64,000 nt of DNA from assembly GCA_012728835.1 (NCBI GenBank), contig JAAYEJ010000045.1, positions 36,475-100,474 of the forward strand, read 5' to 3'. Below the pieces are notes generated by a model. The model did not search any database, had not been told where the DNA came from, and saw only the letters and a list, made by a program, of their open reading frames with translations. The stretch's first letter is position 1; each line of letters begins with the position of its first letter. Source of the stretch: Candidatus Brocadiaceae bacterium (GTDB taxonomy: Bacteria; Planctomycetota; Brocadiia; SM23-32). A program made the position numbers and the translations under genes. Below are positions 27,130-36,288 of the stretch, piece after piece.

Positions 27130-28986
27130 TCAGGTGATGGTCTCGAAACCGGTGATGACCGGCGGCACCGCGAATGCGTTCCCGTTGCCTTCGATCTCCA
27201 GGGAGTCGAGGCCGGCAGCACCGTCGAGGGCGGCCGATCCCTCGACGGTGATGGCGCCGGCAGGTCCGACCTCCGCACGGTCATCTCCCGCGCCCATCCG
27301 CACGTTCAGTCTGCCGCCGAACGCGGAGGCGTACAGCGCCATCCAGTCGTCTTCCGTCCCCGTGTCGAGCAGGAAATCCCCTCCGAAGGAGGACGACACC
27401 CCCACAACCACGGTGTCGATGCCCCCGCCGGTCTTCACCGACGTCCGACCGCCGACGGTCAGTGCGAACAGTTGGACGGAGTCGGCGCCCGTGCCTGTGG
27501 CGATCGTGAGGTCGGCTCCGATTCCGGTGGGGTCCAGCACGATGTTGCTCGCGCCGGCACTCTTGTAGGCGACACTCACGCCGCCCCCCACTCCGGACCC
27601 GACGAGCGAGAAGGTGTTGACCCCCTCACCGCCGGCCACCTTCACGTTGCCGTTGATGCCGCTGTCGTAAATGTTCGTGGCACCGCCGCCGGCGCGGTTG
27701 CTGATTATCAGGTCGGCTCCGATGCCGGCGCTCTCAACGACGACAACGGCATTCCCCGTCCCGCTCCGGAAAGAGACACTGCCGCCCGCGCCGGAGGTGC
27801 CGCCGAAGACGATGTTGCTGCTCCCGTCGCCCTTGCGCACGGTCACGTTGCCGCCGACGTCGGCGTTGTCCATGACCAGGCTGTCGTCACCGGATCCGTT
27901 CGCGATGCCGACATGGCCGCCGAAGTCGCTGTCACTCAGAACGATGCTTCCGCCGCCGTGACCATTGTTCACGGCCAGCCCCCCGCCGACGCCCGTTCCA
28001 CTCACCACCAGGTTGTCGCTGCCGTCGCGCGCAGCGATCTTCACCGTCCCGGCAACGCCGCTGTCGACCAGGACGCCCGTGCTGTCGCCGGCGCCGTTGC
28101 CCACGCGGAGACTGCCCGCCACGCCCGTTCCGTTCAGGACGAAGCTGTCGAAACCATCCTTGTTCGTGAACTTCGCGGAGCCTCCGATGCTGCTGTACGC
28201 CAACGCGGCCGCGTTGTTGCCGTTTCCGCTGCTGACCGTCACCTTGCCGGCGACATCCACCGAATCGAGCACGAGGTGGTCGTCGCCGTCCGCACCGGCG
28301 GCCTTGAACGAACCTCCCACGCCGGAATCGTGCAGGACCGTCGCGCTCCCCCCGGCGCCGGTGGCCACGCTCACACGGCCGGCGACGTCCGTCGCGTCCA
28401 GCGTCACCGTGTCGTGGCCATCTCGGTTCTTCACCAAGACCGCCCCGCCGACGCCGCTCCCGTTCAGGACGACCCCGCTGCCCCCGCTTCCGTTCGCTAT
28501 CACCACATTCCCGGTGATGGTGGAGCCCTGAACGACGCTGTTGTCAATCCCGTCGCCGTTCTTCACCCGGAGGCCGCCGCCCACCGAGCTGTTGAGGACT
28601 GTGAGCTGGTTGTCGCCCGTGCTGCCGTCGAAGGCCACGTGACGGGGAGCATTGACGCCCTCCAGCCTGGCCCGATCGTTGCCATCCCCCATCGCGATGA
28701 TCACGTCCCTTCTGACGCCGGACAGAACGACCGAACCGGCAGGGCCGCCACCGGTGTCGATCAGCGTGCCGTCCGTGCCCGTGATGCGCATCTGACCGGC
28801 GGCCAGGCCAGCCTGGTCGATCACGACGCTGTTGTCCTGAACGTCGCCCGTCAGGATCAGGTTGCCGGCACCCGACAAGGCAACCAGCACGGTCCCCGAC
28901 AGCAGCAGCCGCGGCTCCAGCGTCTCAAGGACCAGCCGGCTCCGACGGCGTCCCTCATCTCGCCCGACCCCAGGCCTCACTGTCAT
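27130..28986 (-). CDS. secreted Gly/Asp-rich repeat protein (about 22 copies of an approximately 25-aa repeat) with N-terminal LEPRLLLS motif
   Basis: GGGAGG RBS. N-terminus MTVRPGVGRDEGRRRSRLVLETLEPRLLLSG. Periodic motif G-x-G-x-D-x-x-V-L-x-x-S-x-V-G-G throughout. Confidence 0.75.
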   Translation of the reverse strand: MTVRPGVGRDEGRRRSRLVLETLEPRLLLSGTVLVALSGAGNLILTGDVQDNSVVIDQAGLAAGQMRITGTDGTLIDTGGGPAGSVVLSGVRRDVIIAMGDGNDRARLEGVNAPRHVAFDGSTGDNQLTVLNSSVGGGLRVKNGDGIDNSVVQGSTITGNVVIANGSGGSGVVLNGSGVGGAVLVKNRDGHDTVTLDATDVAGRVSVATGAGGSATVLHDSGVGGSFKAAGADGDDHLVLDSVDVAGKVTVSSGNGNNAAALAYSSIGGSAKFTNKDGFDSFVLNGTGVAGSLRVGNGAGDSTGVLVDSGVAGTVKIAARDGSDNLVVSGTGVGGGLAVNNGHGGGSIVLSDSDFGGHVGIANGSGDDSLVMDNADVGGNVTVRKGDGSSNIVFGGTSGAGGSVSFRSGTGNAVVVVESAGIGADLIISNRAGGGATNIYDSGINGNVKVAGGEGVNTFSLVGSGVGGGVSVAYKSAGASNIVLDPTGIGADLTIATGTGADSVQLFALTVGGRTSVKTGGGIDTVVVGVSSSFGGDFLLDTGTEDDWMALYASAFGGRLNVRMGAGDDRAEVGPAGAITVEGSAALDGAAGLDSLEIEGNGNAFAVPPVITGFETIT

Positions 28987-29419
28987 GACCGTCGCCTCCC
29001 GAAAGGTGCAGGATGCCGAGTCTCCGACCGGGCATTCTACCCACCGGATTCTGCCGGCACAAGGATGCTCTTCTACAGCGCCGATCGGAAGGGCGTGCGG
29101 CTATTCCACACCCCTTCCACGGGCTGTCAGGTCAGCCGGAATCTTCAAGGAGGTCCGACGCTGCAGTGTTGGGGGCCGGGCGCCACTTCGAATGCTGCGC
29201 CTCACTGCCGGGCTCTGGACCCGGGTCAGGCGCCGGCTCCACCAGGGTGACGCCCTCCGGCTCGCGGGTTGACGGAGCAGCCGACGGTCCGCTGAGCCGG
29301 CCCCAACACCCGTCCGGCCTCCCCGCGCGTGCCCTGGGTGCCCCTGCGGTCGATCACCACAGACCGCAGCGCCTGCTCCGCCAGGTTGGTGACCGTTCAC
29401 GGATTTCCTGAGAATCCGC

Positions 29420-29671
29420 CCTCGACGTTGTCGTATGCTGCCGGTGGTGTGCGCCGGCCCGGACGCTCAGGGCATCCCGGACCACTGCGACTACCCGGTT
29501 CACGACAGCAAGCTGGAGGGAATCAGCAACAGGATCAAGGTTGTCAAGCGCGGGGCCTACGGCCATCACGACGATCGCTGCTCTCCCCTGCAGGTCGATC
29601 AGGCATTCGACCCCGAACCGCCCGCACTTCTCAGGAGATGGACCTTTCCGAGAGCGGCCTCATCCCCCTGA
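29420..29671 (+). pseudogene. ISL3-family transposase, C-terminal remnant
   Basis: VHDSKLEGISNRIKVVKRGAYGHHDD matches the conserved ISL3 C-terminal block (EGxNNKIKxxKRxAYGFR). The rest of the transposase is absent. Confidence 0.55.
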
Positions 29672-29708
29672 GGCAGCCCGCTCCAGGAGTCCAGGCAAGG
29701 ATACGCTC

Positions 29709-31370
29709 ATGCACGCAGATGACGGGATCGGGGTGGAGGTGCGGGAGGCCGCGCGGATGGTGGTCCCGGAGGATGCGGCCATCTCCCCGCCGGCAACGAG
29801 ACTCGACCGTATCTTGCCCTGGGTGGTCGCCGGCATCGCCGTGTCCGCCGCCATTCTCGCTGTGAAGCTCACGCTCATCCGGCCCTACTGCACGGGCGAC
29901 TCGGCGAGCTACCTGGGCGCCGCGCGCAACCTGGCGGCAGGGCGGGGGCTGACGATCCCGTGGGGCACGCCGACCGACCGGCCGCTCGTACACTTCCCGC
30001 CGCTGTACCCCGCCGTGCTCGGCGCCGTCGGCTCCCTCGGGCCGGACCCCCTCGTTGTGAGCCGGTGGATGAACGCCGTGCTCCTGGGACTGAACGCTGC
30101 GCTCGCGGCGCTGGCCGTCTACGGCACGACCAGAAACCGGGCGCTCTCGTGCCTGGCGGCGGTGCTGATGGCCGCATCGCCCGTCATGCTGCGCATGCAT
30201 ACGGCGGCGCTGTCCGAGCCGCTGTTCGTCTTCCTCCTGCTGGCCGCGCTGGCGGCGCTGCACGCGTACGCCCGGCGGCCCAGTCGCCGGCTCTTCCTCC
30301 TCGCCTGTGACGCCACGGCGCTGGCGCTGCTGTGCCGCTGGGCGGGCGCGCCGCTGGTGGCAACGGGCGCTCTGGTCGTCTGCGCGTTTGGCGCGGGCGG
30401 CCTGTGGAAGCGGCTCGCGCGGGCGGCGGCGTTCGGGTTGCTCAGTTGCCTGCCCGCCGGCCTCTGGATGCTCAGGAACCTCCGGCTGGGCGGCACCGCG
30501 ACGAACAGGACGTGGGCGGCCCACCCGGTCACCCGACAGCAGATCGACGACGCGCTCCGCGCCGTCTCCGGATGGGGTGTGCCGGGGTTCCGGCCCGGCA
30601 CCACCCTGCAGCACTCGCTCATTCCGTTGGGGCTGCTCTGCCTGGCTGCCGTGTGCTTCGCTCTGTACCTCACGCTCCGGCGCGGGAACGTCCCGGTGGG
30701 GGAGCGGCTGCGCCACCTCCCCTGGGCGTACGCGGCCTTCCTCGTCACCTACTGCGCATTCCTCCTGGTCAGCGTCTCCTACTGCGACCGCCTGACGCCC
30801 CTGGACAACCGCATCCTGCTGCCCGCGTATGCGGCGTGGCTCGTGGGCGTGCTTGCGGTGTGGCCGGGCGCCTGGATGTGGGAGGCCCGGCGGTGGGCGG
30901 CGCGCAGGCTGCCCCTGCTGCCGTGGCTTGCCATAGCCGTGATGCAGGTGCACGCCGGCGCGCGATTCGCCGAGTTCGAGCACAACAGGACGCGCCTCTC
31001 GGCGAGTTCCTGGAACGTGCGGGAGACGCGCGCCGCCATGTCCGTGCCGTGGGACCGGCCGGTGTACAGCAACCGGCCGGAGGACTACTACATCTACGTG
31101 AACAAGGTCGTGAAGGAATGGCCTTCGCCGCTCGACGTGTGGTCGGGCCGTCCGGCGCCCGGCTACAAGGAGAAGCGCGACGCCGCCGTCCGGGAACTGA
31201 CGGAGTCCGGCGGGCGGCTCGTCCTGCTCGGCACGTCCATGAAGCCCTGGCTGGATCGCGACCAGATTCCGCAGGACGTGCCGCTGGTGCGGCTCCAGGA
31301 TGAGGGGAAGGTGCACGTCTACGCCGTGGGCACGCAGCCCGCGCGGCGGGGCTGGCCCTGGCAGAGGTAG
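29709..31370 (+). CDS. polytopic membrane protein, GT-C fold glycosyltransferase-like (PMT/ArnT family 39/83-like)
   Basis: At least 11 predicted TM helices with periplasmic loops. General similarity to ArnT/PMT_2 type proteins. The start is at the internal MHADDG (AAGGA RBS). Confidence 0.5.
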   Translation: MHADDGIGVEVREAARMVVPEDAAISPPATRLDRILPWVVAGIAVSAAILAVKLTLIRPYCTGDSASYLGAARNLAAGRGLTIPWGTPTDRPLVHFPPLYPAVLGAVGSLGPDPLVVSRWMNAVLLGLNAALAALAVYGTTRNRALSCLAAVLMAASPVMLRMHTAALSEPLFVFLLLAALAALHAYARRPSRRLFLLACDATALALLCRWAGAPLVATGALVVCAFGAGGLWKRLARAAAFGLLSCLPAGLWMLRNLRLGGTATNRTWAAHPVTRQQIDDALRAVSGWGVPGFRPGTTLQHSLIPLGLLCLAAVCFALYLTLRRGNVPVGERLRHLPWAYAAFLVTYCAFLLVSVSYCDRLTPLDNRILLPAYAAWLVGVLAVWPGAWMWEARRWAARRLPLLPWLAIAVMQVHAGARFAEFEHNRTRLSASSWNVRETRAAMSVPWDRPVYSNRPEDYYIYVNKVVKEWPSPLDVWSGRPAPGYKEKRDAAVRELTESGGRLVLLGTSMKPWLDRDQIPQDVPLVRLQDEGKVHVYAVGTQPARRGWPWQR

Positions 31371-31988
31371 CTGTCCCTGTTCGCGCGCGTCGGTCGCCGT
31401 CGTTCCGTCGCCCGGAGGTGTCCCCGCACGCAGTCGCGGGACTGGTTCCGCCGCGCCCTGAAGGCGGCCCTGGCGGACCTCACGGCAGATGGGCAGCGGA
31501 AGAAGAAGCAGTTGTCCAGCCGGCAAGGCGACCTGAAGGTGATGCAGGAGCGGCTGCTGAACGCCTACCTGGCCGGCGCGGTGGAGGAGCAGACCTTCCG
31601 AGCGAAGTCGGCGGAGCTGAAGGTCGAGCAGGAGAGGGCGGCGGAAGCGGTGGAGCGCGCTCGCGGGGACATGGACGCGTCTCGCGGGGACATGGCGCTA
31701 CGGGTCTTCGATTGGGCGCAAAGACTCGGGGAACTCTGGCGCGGTCTGAACATCGAGCGCCGGCGGGCGATTCTGGAGACGGTATGCTCCAACCGGCTGC
31801 TGGACGACGTAAGTCTGCGCCTGGAAAAGAGAAAGCCCTTCGAGGTTCTCGCCAAAGGGCCGGAATGCCAGAGTGGTACCCCCGACTGGCCACACTTCCA
31901 GCGCGCCGTGGCCGAATTCACCATAGCCTTCGAGCTCCCCCATCCATGCCTGCTGCGTGCTGACGAACTCGCACGCGAATGGCTCTGA
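31371..31988 (+). pseudogene. large serine recombinase, C-terminal coiled-coil region only (N-terminal catalytic domain missing)
   Basis: In-frame translation from 31371 gives ...LKAALADLTADGQRKKKQLSSRQGDLKVMQERLLNAYLAGAVEEQTFRAKSAELKVEQE... This is typical of the C-terminal coiled coil of large serine recombinases. The frame begins directly after the stop of the upstream gene. Confidence 0.5.
31787..31881 (+). repeat. direct repeat copy 1 (about 95 bp, about 84% identical to 33285..33379), inside the recombinase remnant
   Basis: tccaaccggctgctggacgacgtaagtct...ggccggaatgccagagtggtacccc. Confidence 0.8.
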
Positions 31989-32017
31989 GGTCGGCGTGGC
32001 TCGTTGTCGTCGCACAG

Positions 32018-32638
32018 TCATCGCCAGGTGATGGGCTTACGGAGTTCGTATCCGTCGGCCTTGAGCACCGGATCCGGCAATTGGCTTGCGGCTATTCGTG
32101 CCCGGTTGATGTGCAGAAAACCGCTTGCACGCCGCTGCAGTTCGGCGGAGTATCGTTTCGGAGGAAAAGCCACCACGACCTGCTTCTGCGGCCACTCGCG
32201 ACGGACCACCTGGACAGGGCCAGCAAGATCGCTGTCAGCGGACACGAGAAGTGCCGTGTCGAATTCACCGCGCATGGCGTCGAGAAGCATCTGCACTGCG
32301 ATGTTCACGTCGGTTCCCTTCTCCTCGTGGTCTGTCCACCGGTTCGAGCACTTGAAGCATGTCCGCTCCTTGTTGAGGTAGTGCCCGTAGTGGATGACGA
32401 TATCCGAATGCGCCTGGAGCGCCTCGAGGTAAGTATTCTGGCGGTGGGGCTTGTCTGGATCGGACGGTGTCCCTGACACGCGAGCCGTGAAGTAGTTGAC
32501 ACGTGCCAGCTCCTGGTGCGGTTTCAGAAGCGCTCGGATAAGACCTTCGATGTCCAGCCAAAGGAAGCGCTGCCAGCCAGCTTGCCGCAGGCCGAAGTAC
32601 AGGTTAAATCCGTCAATGTAGGCGACCAGCCGTTGCAC
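32018..32638 (-). CDS. NYN-domain (PIN-like) predicted ribonuclease
   Basis: VAYIDGFNLYFGL N-terminus and conserved acidic residues (DxD...SAD) typical of the NYN/LabA-like family. Confidence 0.6.
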   Translation of the reverse strand: MQRLVAYIDGFNLYFGLRQAGWQRFLWLDIEGLIRALLKPHQELARVNYFTARVSGTPSDPDKPHRQNTYLEALQAHSDIVIHYGHYLNKERTCFKCSNRWTDHEEKGTDVNIAVQMLLDAMRGEFDTALLVSADSDLAGPVQVVRREWPQKQVVVAFPPKRYSAELQRRASGFLHINRARIAASQLPDPVLKADGYELRKPITWR

Positions 32639-32737
32639 GTGGGCCCTCTAGAGCGGGAACGGATTCACCGGCCAGCGTCCCGACAGCGCCAGGACGAGAG
32701 CAGGCAAGCAAAGCAGAAGAAAAAGCGTGAGCCATGC

Positions 32738-32834
32738 TTGACGCCTGCTGCCGAGGCGGGTATTATACTAGAAGAAGCTGCCCCGCCAAGGATAGCATCC
32801 TTGGCTCAACGCCCCGAAAGGGGCGTTTCTTTGT
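32738..32834 (+). ncRNA. candidate small RNA: consensus promoter TTGACG-N17-TATTAT, about 60-nt transcript with two hairpins, the second a terminator-like stem-loop followed by TCTTTGT
   Basis: -35 at 32738-32743 and -10 at 32761-32766. Hairpin 1 CCAAGGAtagcaTCCTTGG at 32786-32804. Hairpin 2 AACGCCCCgaaaGGGGCGTT at 32808-32827 plus U-rich tail. AT-rich island in a 70% GC background. Confidence 0.3.
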
Positions 32835-33284
32835 ACCGCCGCAGCCTCTCAAGGCCCCTCGCTTACCTGGCCTGAACCTCCAGGGAGGTCACGTAGGTCT
32901 CCGTGTGGAGCCGCTGTTCGACCTCCGACAGGGACTACGTCAGCATCCTCGCGGCGTGGACGCGCTGCGACGTCAGACCCCGGCGACGGATAACGCGCAG
33001 GAGCGCCAGCACGGACGGGGAGGCGTGGCAGTGGCTGTGGAAGAATACATGCCTCTCGAAGGACGCGCTGAGAGACGCGAGTGGCGTGCCCGCCAAGAGG
33101 CTTGAGGCCAAGCTCGATGCGCTCATCGCGAACCGGATCATCTACCCGGATGGCACCGTCAACTCGTTCGTCGCGTTCTCCGGCTTCTCGGCGTTGACGC
33201 TCCTGCCCGGAACGCGCTGCATGCTCCCGTCGCGGCCAGCGCGCAGCCTGATTCCTAACCAGATTGGGCCGATGCGGCCCTCGT

Positions 33285-33379
33285 TCCAACCGTACCCTGG
33301 ACGACGTAAGTCTTTGCCTACAAAAGAGATGGCCCTTCGACGCGCTCGCCGAAGGGCCGGAATGCCAGGGTGGTACCCC
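33285..33379 (+). repeat. direct repeat copy 2 (3' end of the recombinase reading frame), overlapping the 3' end of tRNA-Arg on the opposite strand
   Basis: Translates in frame as LDDVSLCLQKRWPFDALAEGPECQGGTP..., matching copy 1's LDDVSLRLEKRKPFEVLAKGPECQSGTP. It ends in tggtacccc, the tRNA 3' end. Confidence 0.8.
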
Positions 33380-33446
33380 GTGCAGGATTCAAACCTGCGG
33401 CCTTCGGCTCCGGAGGCCGACGCTCTATTCGCTGAGCTAACGGGGC
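33371..33446 (-). tRNA. tRNA-Arg (anticodon CCG), CCA encoded
   Basis: Manual fold. Acceptor GCCCCGU/ACGGGGU, D-arm GCUC/GAGC, anticodon stem UCGGC/GCCGA with loop CUCCGGA, T-arm GCAGG-UUUGAAU-CCUGC, discriminator A, CCA. About 76 nt. Confidence 0.85.
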
Positions 33447-33579
33447 ACCGCTGAGGTCGATTATACAGCCCGGCGATGCTCTTGCCAAGCGCCCGCCCGG
33501 CGGTTGTCCGTCGGCAGGACTGCCCCCCCGACCCGCGGCCGAGGACGGCCGCGCGACTCCGTTGCTGTTGAAACGCTCG

Positions 33580-34941
33580 CTACCCGTCAGGGGCGGCGTC
33601 GGGCGGGTCGCCCGGCCGGCGGGTGCCTGCCATCACCTGGCGGAGCACTTCGAGGGCCCTCTCGAACTGCACGTCCCGGAAGTCCTTGCCCGGTTCGTCC
33701 GGCCCTTCGGGGATGTCTTCTTCCTCGGCGGCGGACTCCTCGGGCGGATGGGGCGGGTACTCGGTCTTCCGGGTCAGGAAGGTGTAGAGCTTGCGGTTCT
33801 CGGCGTCCGAGAGGCGCATCTCGATGTCCGGGACGACGCCCCTGCCCTCGATCATGTGGTCGTTCGGCGTGTAGTAGCGGGCGACGGTGAGTTTGATGGC
33901 GCTCTGGTTGTGGGGGTTGTCCATGACCTGCTGCACGCTCGCCTTGCCGTAGGTCGTCTCGCCAACCAGCACGGCGCGGCGGTGGTCCTGAAGGGCGCCG
34001 GCGACGATCTCCGAACCGCTGGCGCTCAGGCGGTTGACCAGCAGGACGAGGGGCAGGTCCAGGTCGGAGCGGGAACGGCGGGCCTCGTGCACGACCTCGT
34101 TCTGGCGGGGGGCGCGCACCGTGACGATCGCGCCGCCGTCGAGGAATCGGTCCGCCAGTGCGTTGGCCGCGTCGAGCAGGCCGCCCGGGTTGAAGCGCAG
34201 GTCCAGAATCAGGCCGCGCATGCCCTGGCGCTGCAGGTCCTCGAGGGCCGCCGCCAGGTCCTTGGAGACGGCTTCGCTGAAGTAGGGGATGTAGATGTAG
34301 CCGATCCGGTCTTCGTGGTCGATGATCTCCACGGCGCGGACGCCCGGGATCTTGATGATCTCGCGGGTGACGGTGATATCGCGCTCTTCCTCCTCCTCCT
34401 CCTCGCCGCGCAGGATCGTGATCGTGATCCGGGTGCCGGGCGGGCCGCGGAGGATCTCCAGCACCTCATGCACGTCCTTCATGTCGGCCACTTCGGTGAC
34501 CGTTCGGGTGGATTCTTCACGCACGCGGATGATGCGGTCGTGCGGCAGGACGCCGAGCCGGGCTGCCGGGGTGCCGGCGATCGGTTGCTCGACGTGGATG
34601 ACGCCGGCCGGCGGGTCGAAGGTGATCTGGATGCCCAGCCCCCCGAACTCCCCTTTCAGGTCGGCCTCGGTCTCCCGGCGCATGGCGGGCGGCCAGAAGG
34701 CGCTGTGCCGGTCGAGCTTGCTCATCATGCCCGCGCAGGCGCCCTCGAGCAGGGCCTCGTGGCTGATCTCATCGACCGAGCGGCCTTCGATCTCGCGCAC
34801 GAGCCACATGACCGGCTCGACGAAGCCCTCGATCAGGTCCGGCTGTTCGGCGGATCGGGCGGGAAGGGCCGCCGGCAGCAGCCCGAGCGCCAGCCCGGCG
34901 GCGACACCGATCCAGACATCTCGCATTGACCGTCGTCTCAT
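33580..34941 (-). CDS. S41-family C-terminal processing peptidase (CtpA/Prc-like)
   Basis: Signal peptide, PDZ region and S41 catalytic region (GGLLDAANALADRFL, LVNRLSASGSEIVAGALQD, LVGETTYGKASVQ). Confidence 0.85.
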   Translation of the reverse strand: MRRRSMRDVWIGVAAGLALGLLPAALPARSAEQPDLIEGFVEPVMWLVREIEGRSVDEISHEALLEGACAGMMSKLDRHSAFWPPAMRRETEADLKGEFGGLGIQITFDPPAGVIHVEQPIAGTPAARLGVLPHDRIIRVREESTRTVTEVADMKDVHEVLEILRGPPGTRITITILRGEEEEEEERDITVTREIIKIPGVRAVEIIDHEDRIGYIYIPYFSEAVSKDLAAALEDLQRQGMRGLILDLRFNPGGLLDAANALADRFLDGGAIVTVRAPRQNEVVHEARRSRSDLDLPLVLLVNRLSASGSEIVAGALQDHRRAVLVGETTYGKASVQQVMDNPHNQSAIKLTVARYYTPNDHMIEGRGVVPDIEMRLSDAENRKLYTFLTRKTEYPPHPPEESAAEEEDIPEGPDEPGKDFRDVQFERALEVLRQVMAGTRRPGDPPDAAPDG

Positions 34942-34950
34942 GGTTCCGTC

Positions 34951-36288
34951 CTATCCGGCGGCTGAGACCGCCGCCAGGGCTTCGGCGGGGACGGGTTCGA
35001 GTGCGCCGCGCAGGTGTTCGACGGCCCGCTGCAGCTGCACGTCCACAAACGGCTCCTGCGGTTCGGCGGCCGTCTCCGGGGCCGGGGGCCGGCTCGGGCC
35101 GGCGCGTCCGGCCAGGTGGGCGGCCAGCCGGCGGACGTCGTCCGGCGGGAGTTCCACGGCGACGTCGGGCGTGAGCCCGCCGCTTCTGGGGTCCTCGCGG
35201 TCGCGCTCGATCTCCTGGCCGTTGGGGCGCACGTAGTGGGCGACAGCCAGCCGGATCGTGCTGCCGTCGTATGGGCACCGGATGTCCATGCGCAGGCTGC
35301 CGCGGCCGAGCGTGGGCTCGCCCACGAGCGTCGCGCGGCCGTTGTCGGCCAGGGCGGCGGCCATCATCTCGGCGGCTTCGGCGGTGCGGACGTTCACCAG
35401 CAGGGCCAGCTTCATGTCCGGGAAGGCGTCTCCCGGTTCGGCGCTCTGCGAGACCTCGCGATCGCCGCGGCCCCGGGCGCTCAGGAGGACGCCCTCGTCG
35501 AGCAGCAGGTCGGCACACATCAGGGCCGCGTCGAGCGGTCCGCCGGGGTTGAAGCGCAGGTCCAGCACCGCCGACCGGGCGCCGAGGTCCTTGAGCTTCG
35601 CCAGGCCGTCGGAGATCAGACCGACCGTCCGTTCGTCGAAGTGCGTCAGGGCCATGTAGCCGATCTCCGGATCGGCATCCAGTATCTGAACGGCCTGGAC
35701 GCTCGGCGTCGGCGTCAGGGCGCGTGTCAGCTCCACCTCGCGCTCCGGCCGGCCGGGCCGCACGACGGTCAGGACGACCCGGGTGCCCGGTTCGCCACGG
35801 AGGGCGCGCACGGCGTCGTAGGTGGTGCGGAAGTCCTCGGCCTCAAGTTCCTCTCCGTCGGGCGTCTCCCGGATCTTGACGATGAAGTCGCCCGTGAGAA
35901 GCCCTTCCTGAAAGGCCGGGCGTCCCTGGATCGTGCCGTCGATGGCCACGACCTTGCCCAGGGGCAGGAAGCGGGCGGTCAGGCCCAGTTCGGGGACGGA
36001 GCCGCCGGCCGACCGGCCGTAGCGTTCGGTCATCTCGGCCGGCAGGTAGAGCCCGCCGGGGTCGACCTGCTCGATCATGCCCTGGTAGGCGCCCTCCAGG
36101 AGCAGGCTGCGGTCCACGTCTTCGACGTAGTAGCTCTCGATCTGATCCAGGAGCCACGTCAGGGGCCGGAAGAACTGCCGGACGAGCAGTTCGGACTCGC
36201 TCTCGTCGGCCCGCACGTACACCGCATGAACGGCGAGGCTCGCCGCAAGACCCAGCACGAGGCCCGCACAGATGCCCTTCCATCGCAT
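34951..36288 (-). CDS. S41-family C-terminal processing peptidase (paralog of 33580..34941)
   Basis: The same S41 motifs (LVGEPTLGRGSL). Signal peptide MRWKGICAGLVLGLAASLAVHA. GGGAGG RBS. Confidence 0.85.
   Translation of the reverse strand: MRWKGICAGLVLGLAASLAVHAVYVRADESESELLVRQFFRPLTWLLDQIESYYVEDVDRSLLLEGAYQGMIEQVDPGGLYLPAEMTERYGRSAGGSVPELGLTARFLPLGKVVAIDGTIQGRPAFQEGLLTGDFIVKIRETPDGEELEAEDFRTTYDAVRALRGEPGTRVVLTVVRPGRPEREVELTRALTPTPSVQAVQILDADPEIGYMALTHFDERTVGLISDGLAKLKDLGARSAVLDLRFNPGGPLDAALMCADLLLDEGVLLSARGRGDREVSQSAEPGDAFPDMKLALLVNVRTAEAAEMMAAALADNGRATLVGEPTLGRGSLRMDIRCPYDGSTIRLAVAHYVRPNGQEIERDREDPRSGGLTPDVAVELPPDDVRRLAAHLAGRAGPSRPPAPETAAEPQEPFVDVQLQRAVEHLRGALEPVPAEALAAVSAAG

Noticed and set aside
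27130-28986. RTX/hemolysin-type calcium-binding repeats in the Gly/Asp-rich protein
   Set aside because: GxGxD motifs are present, but the repeat period is about 25 residues, not the 9-residue GGXGXDXUX nonapeptide. I therefore did not call it an RTX protein.
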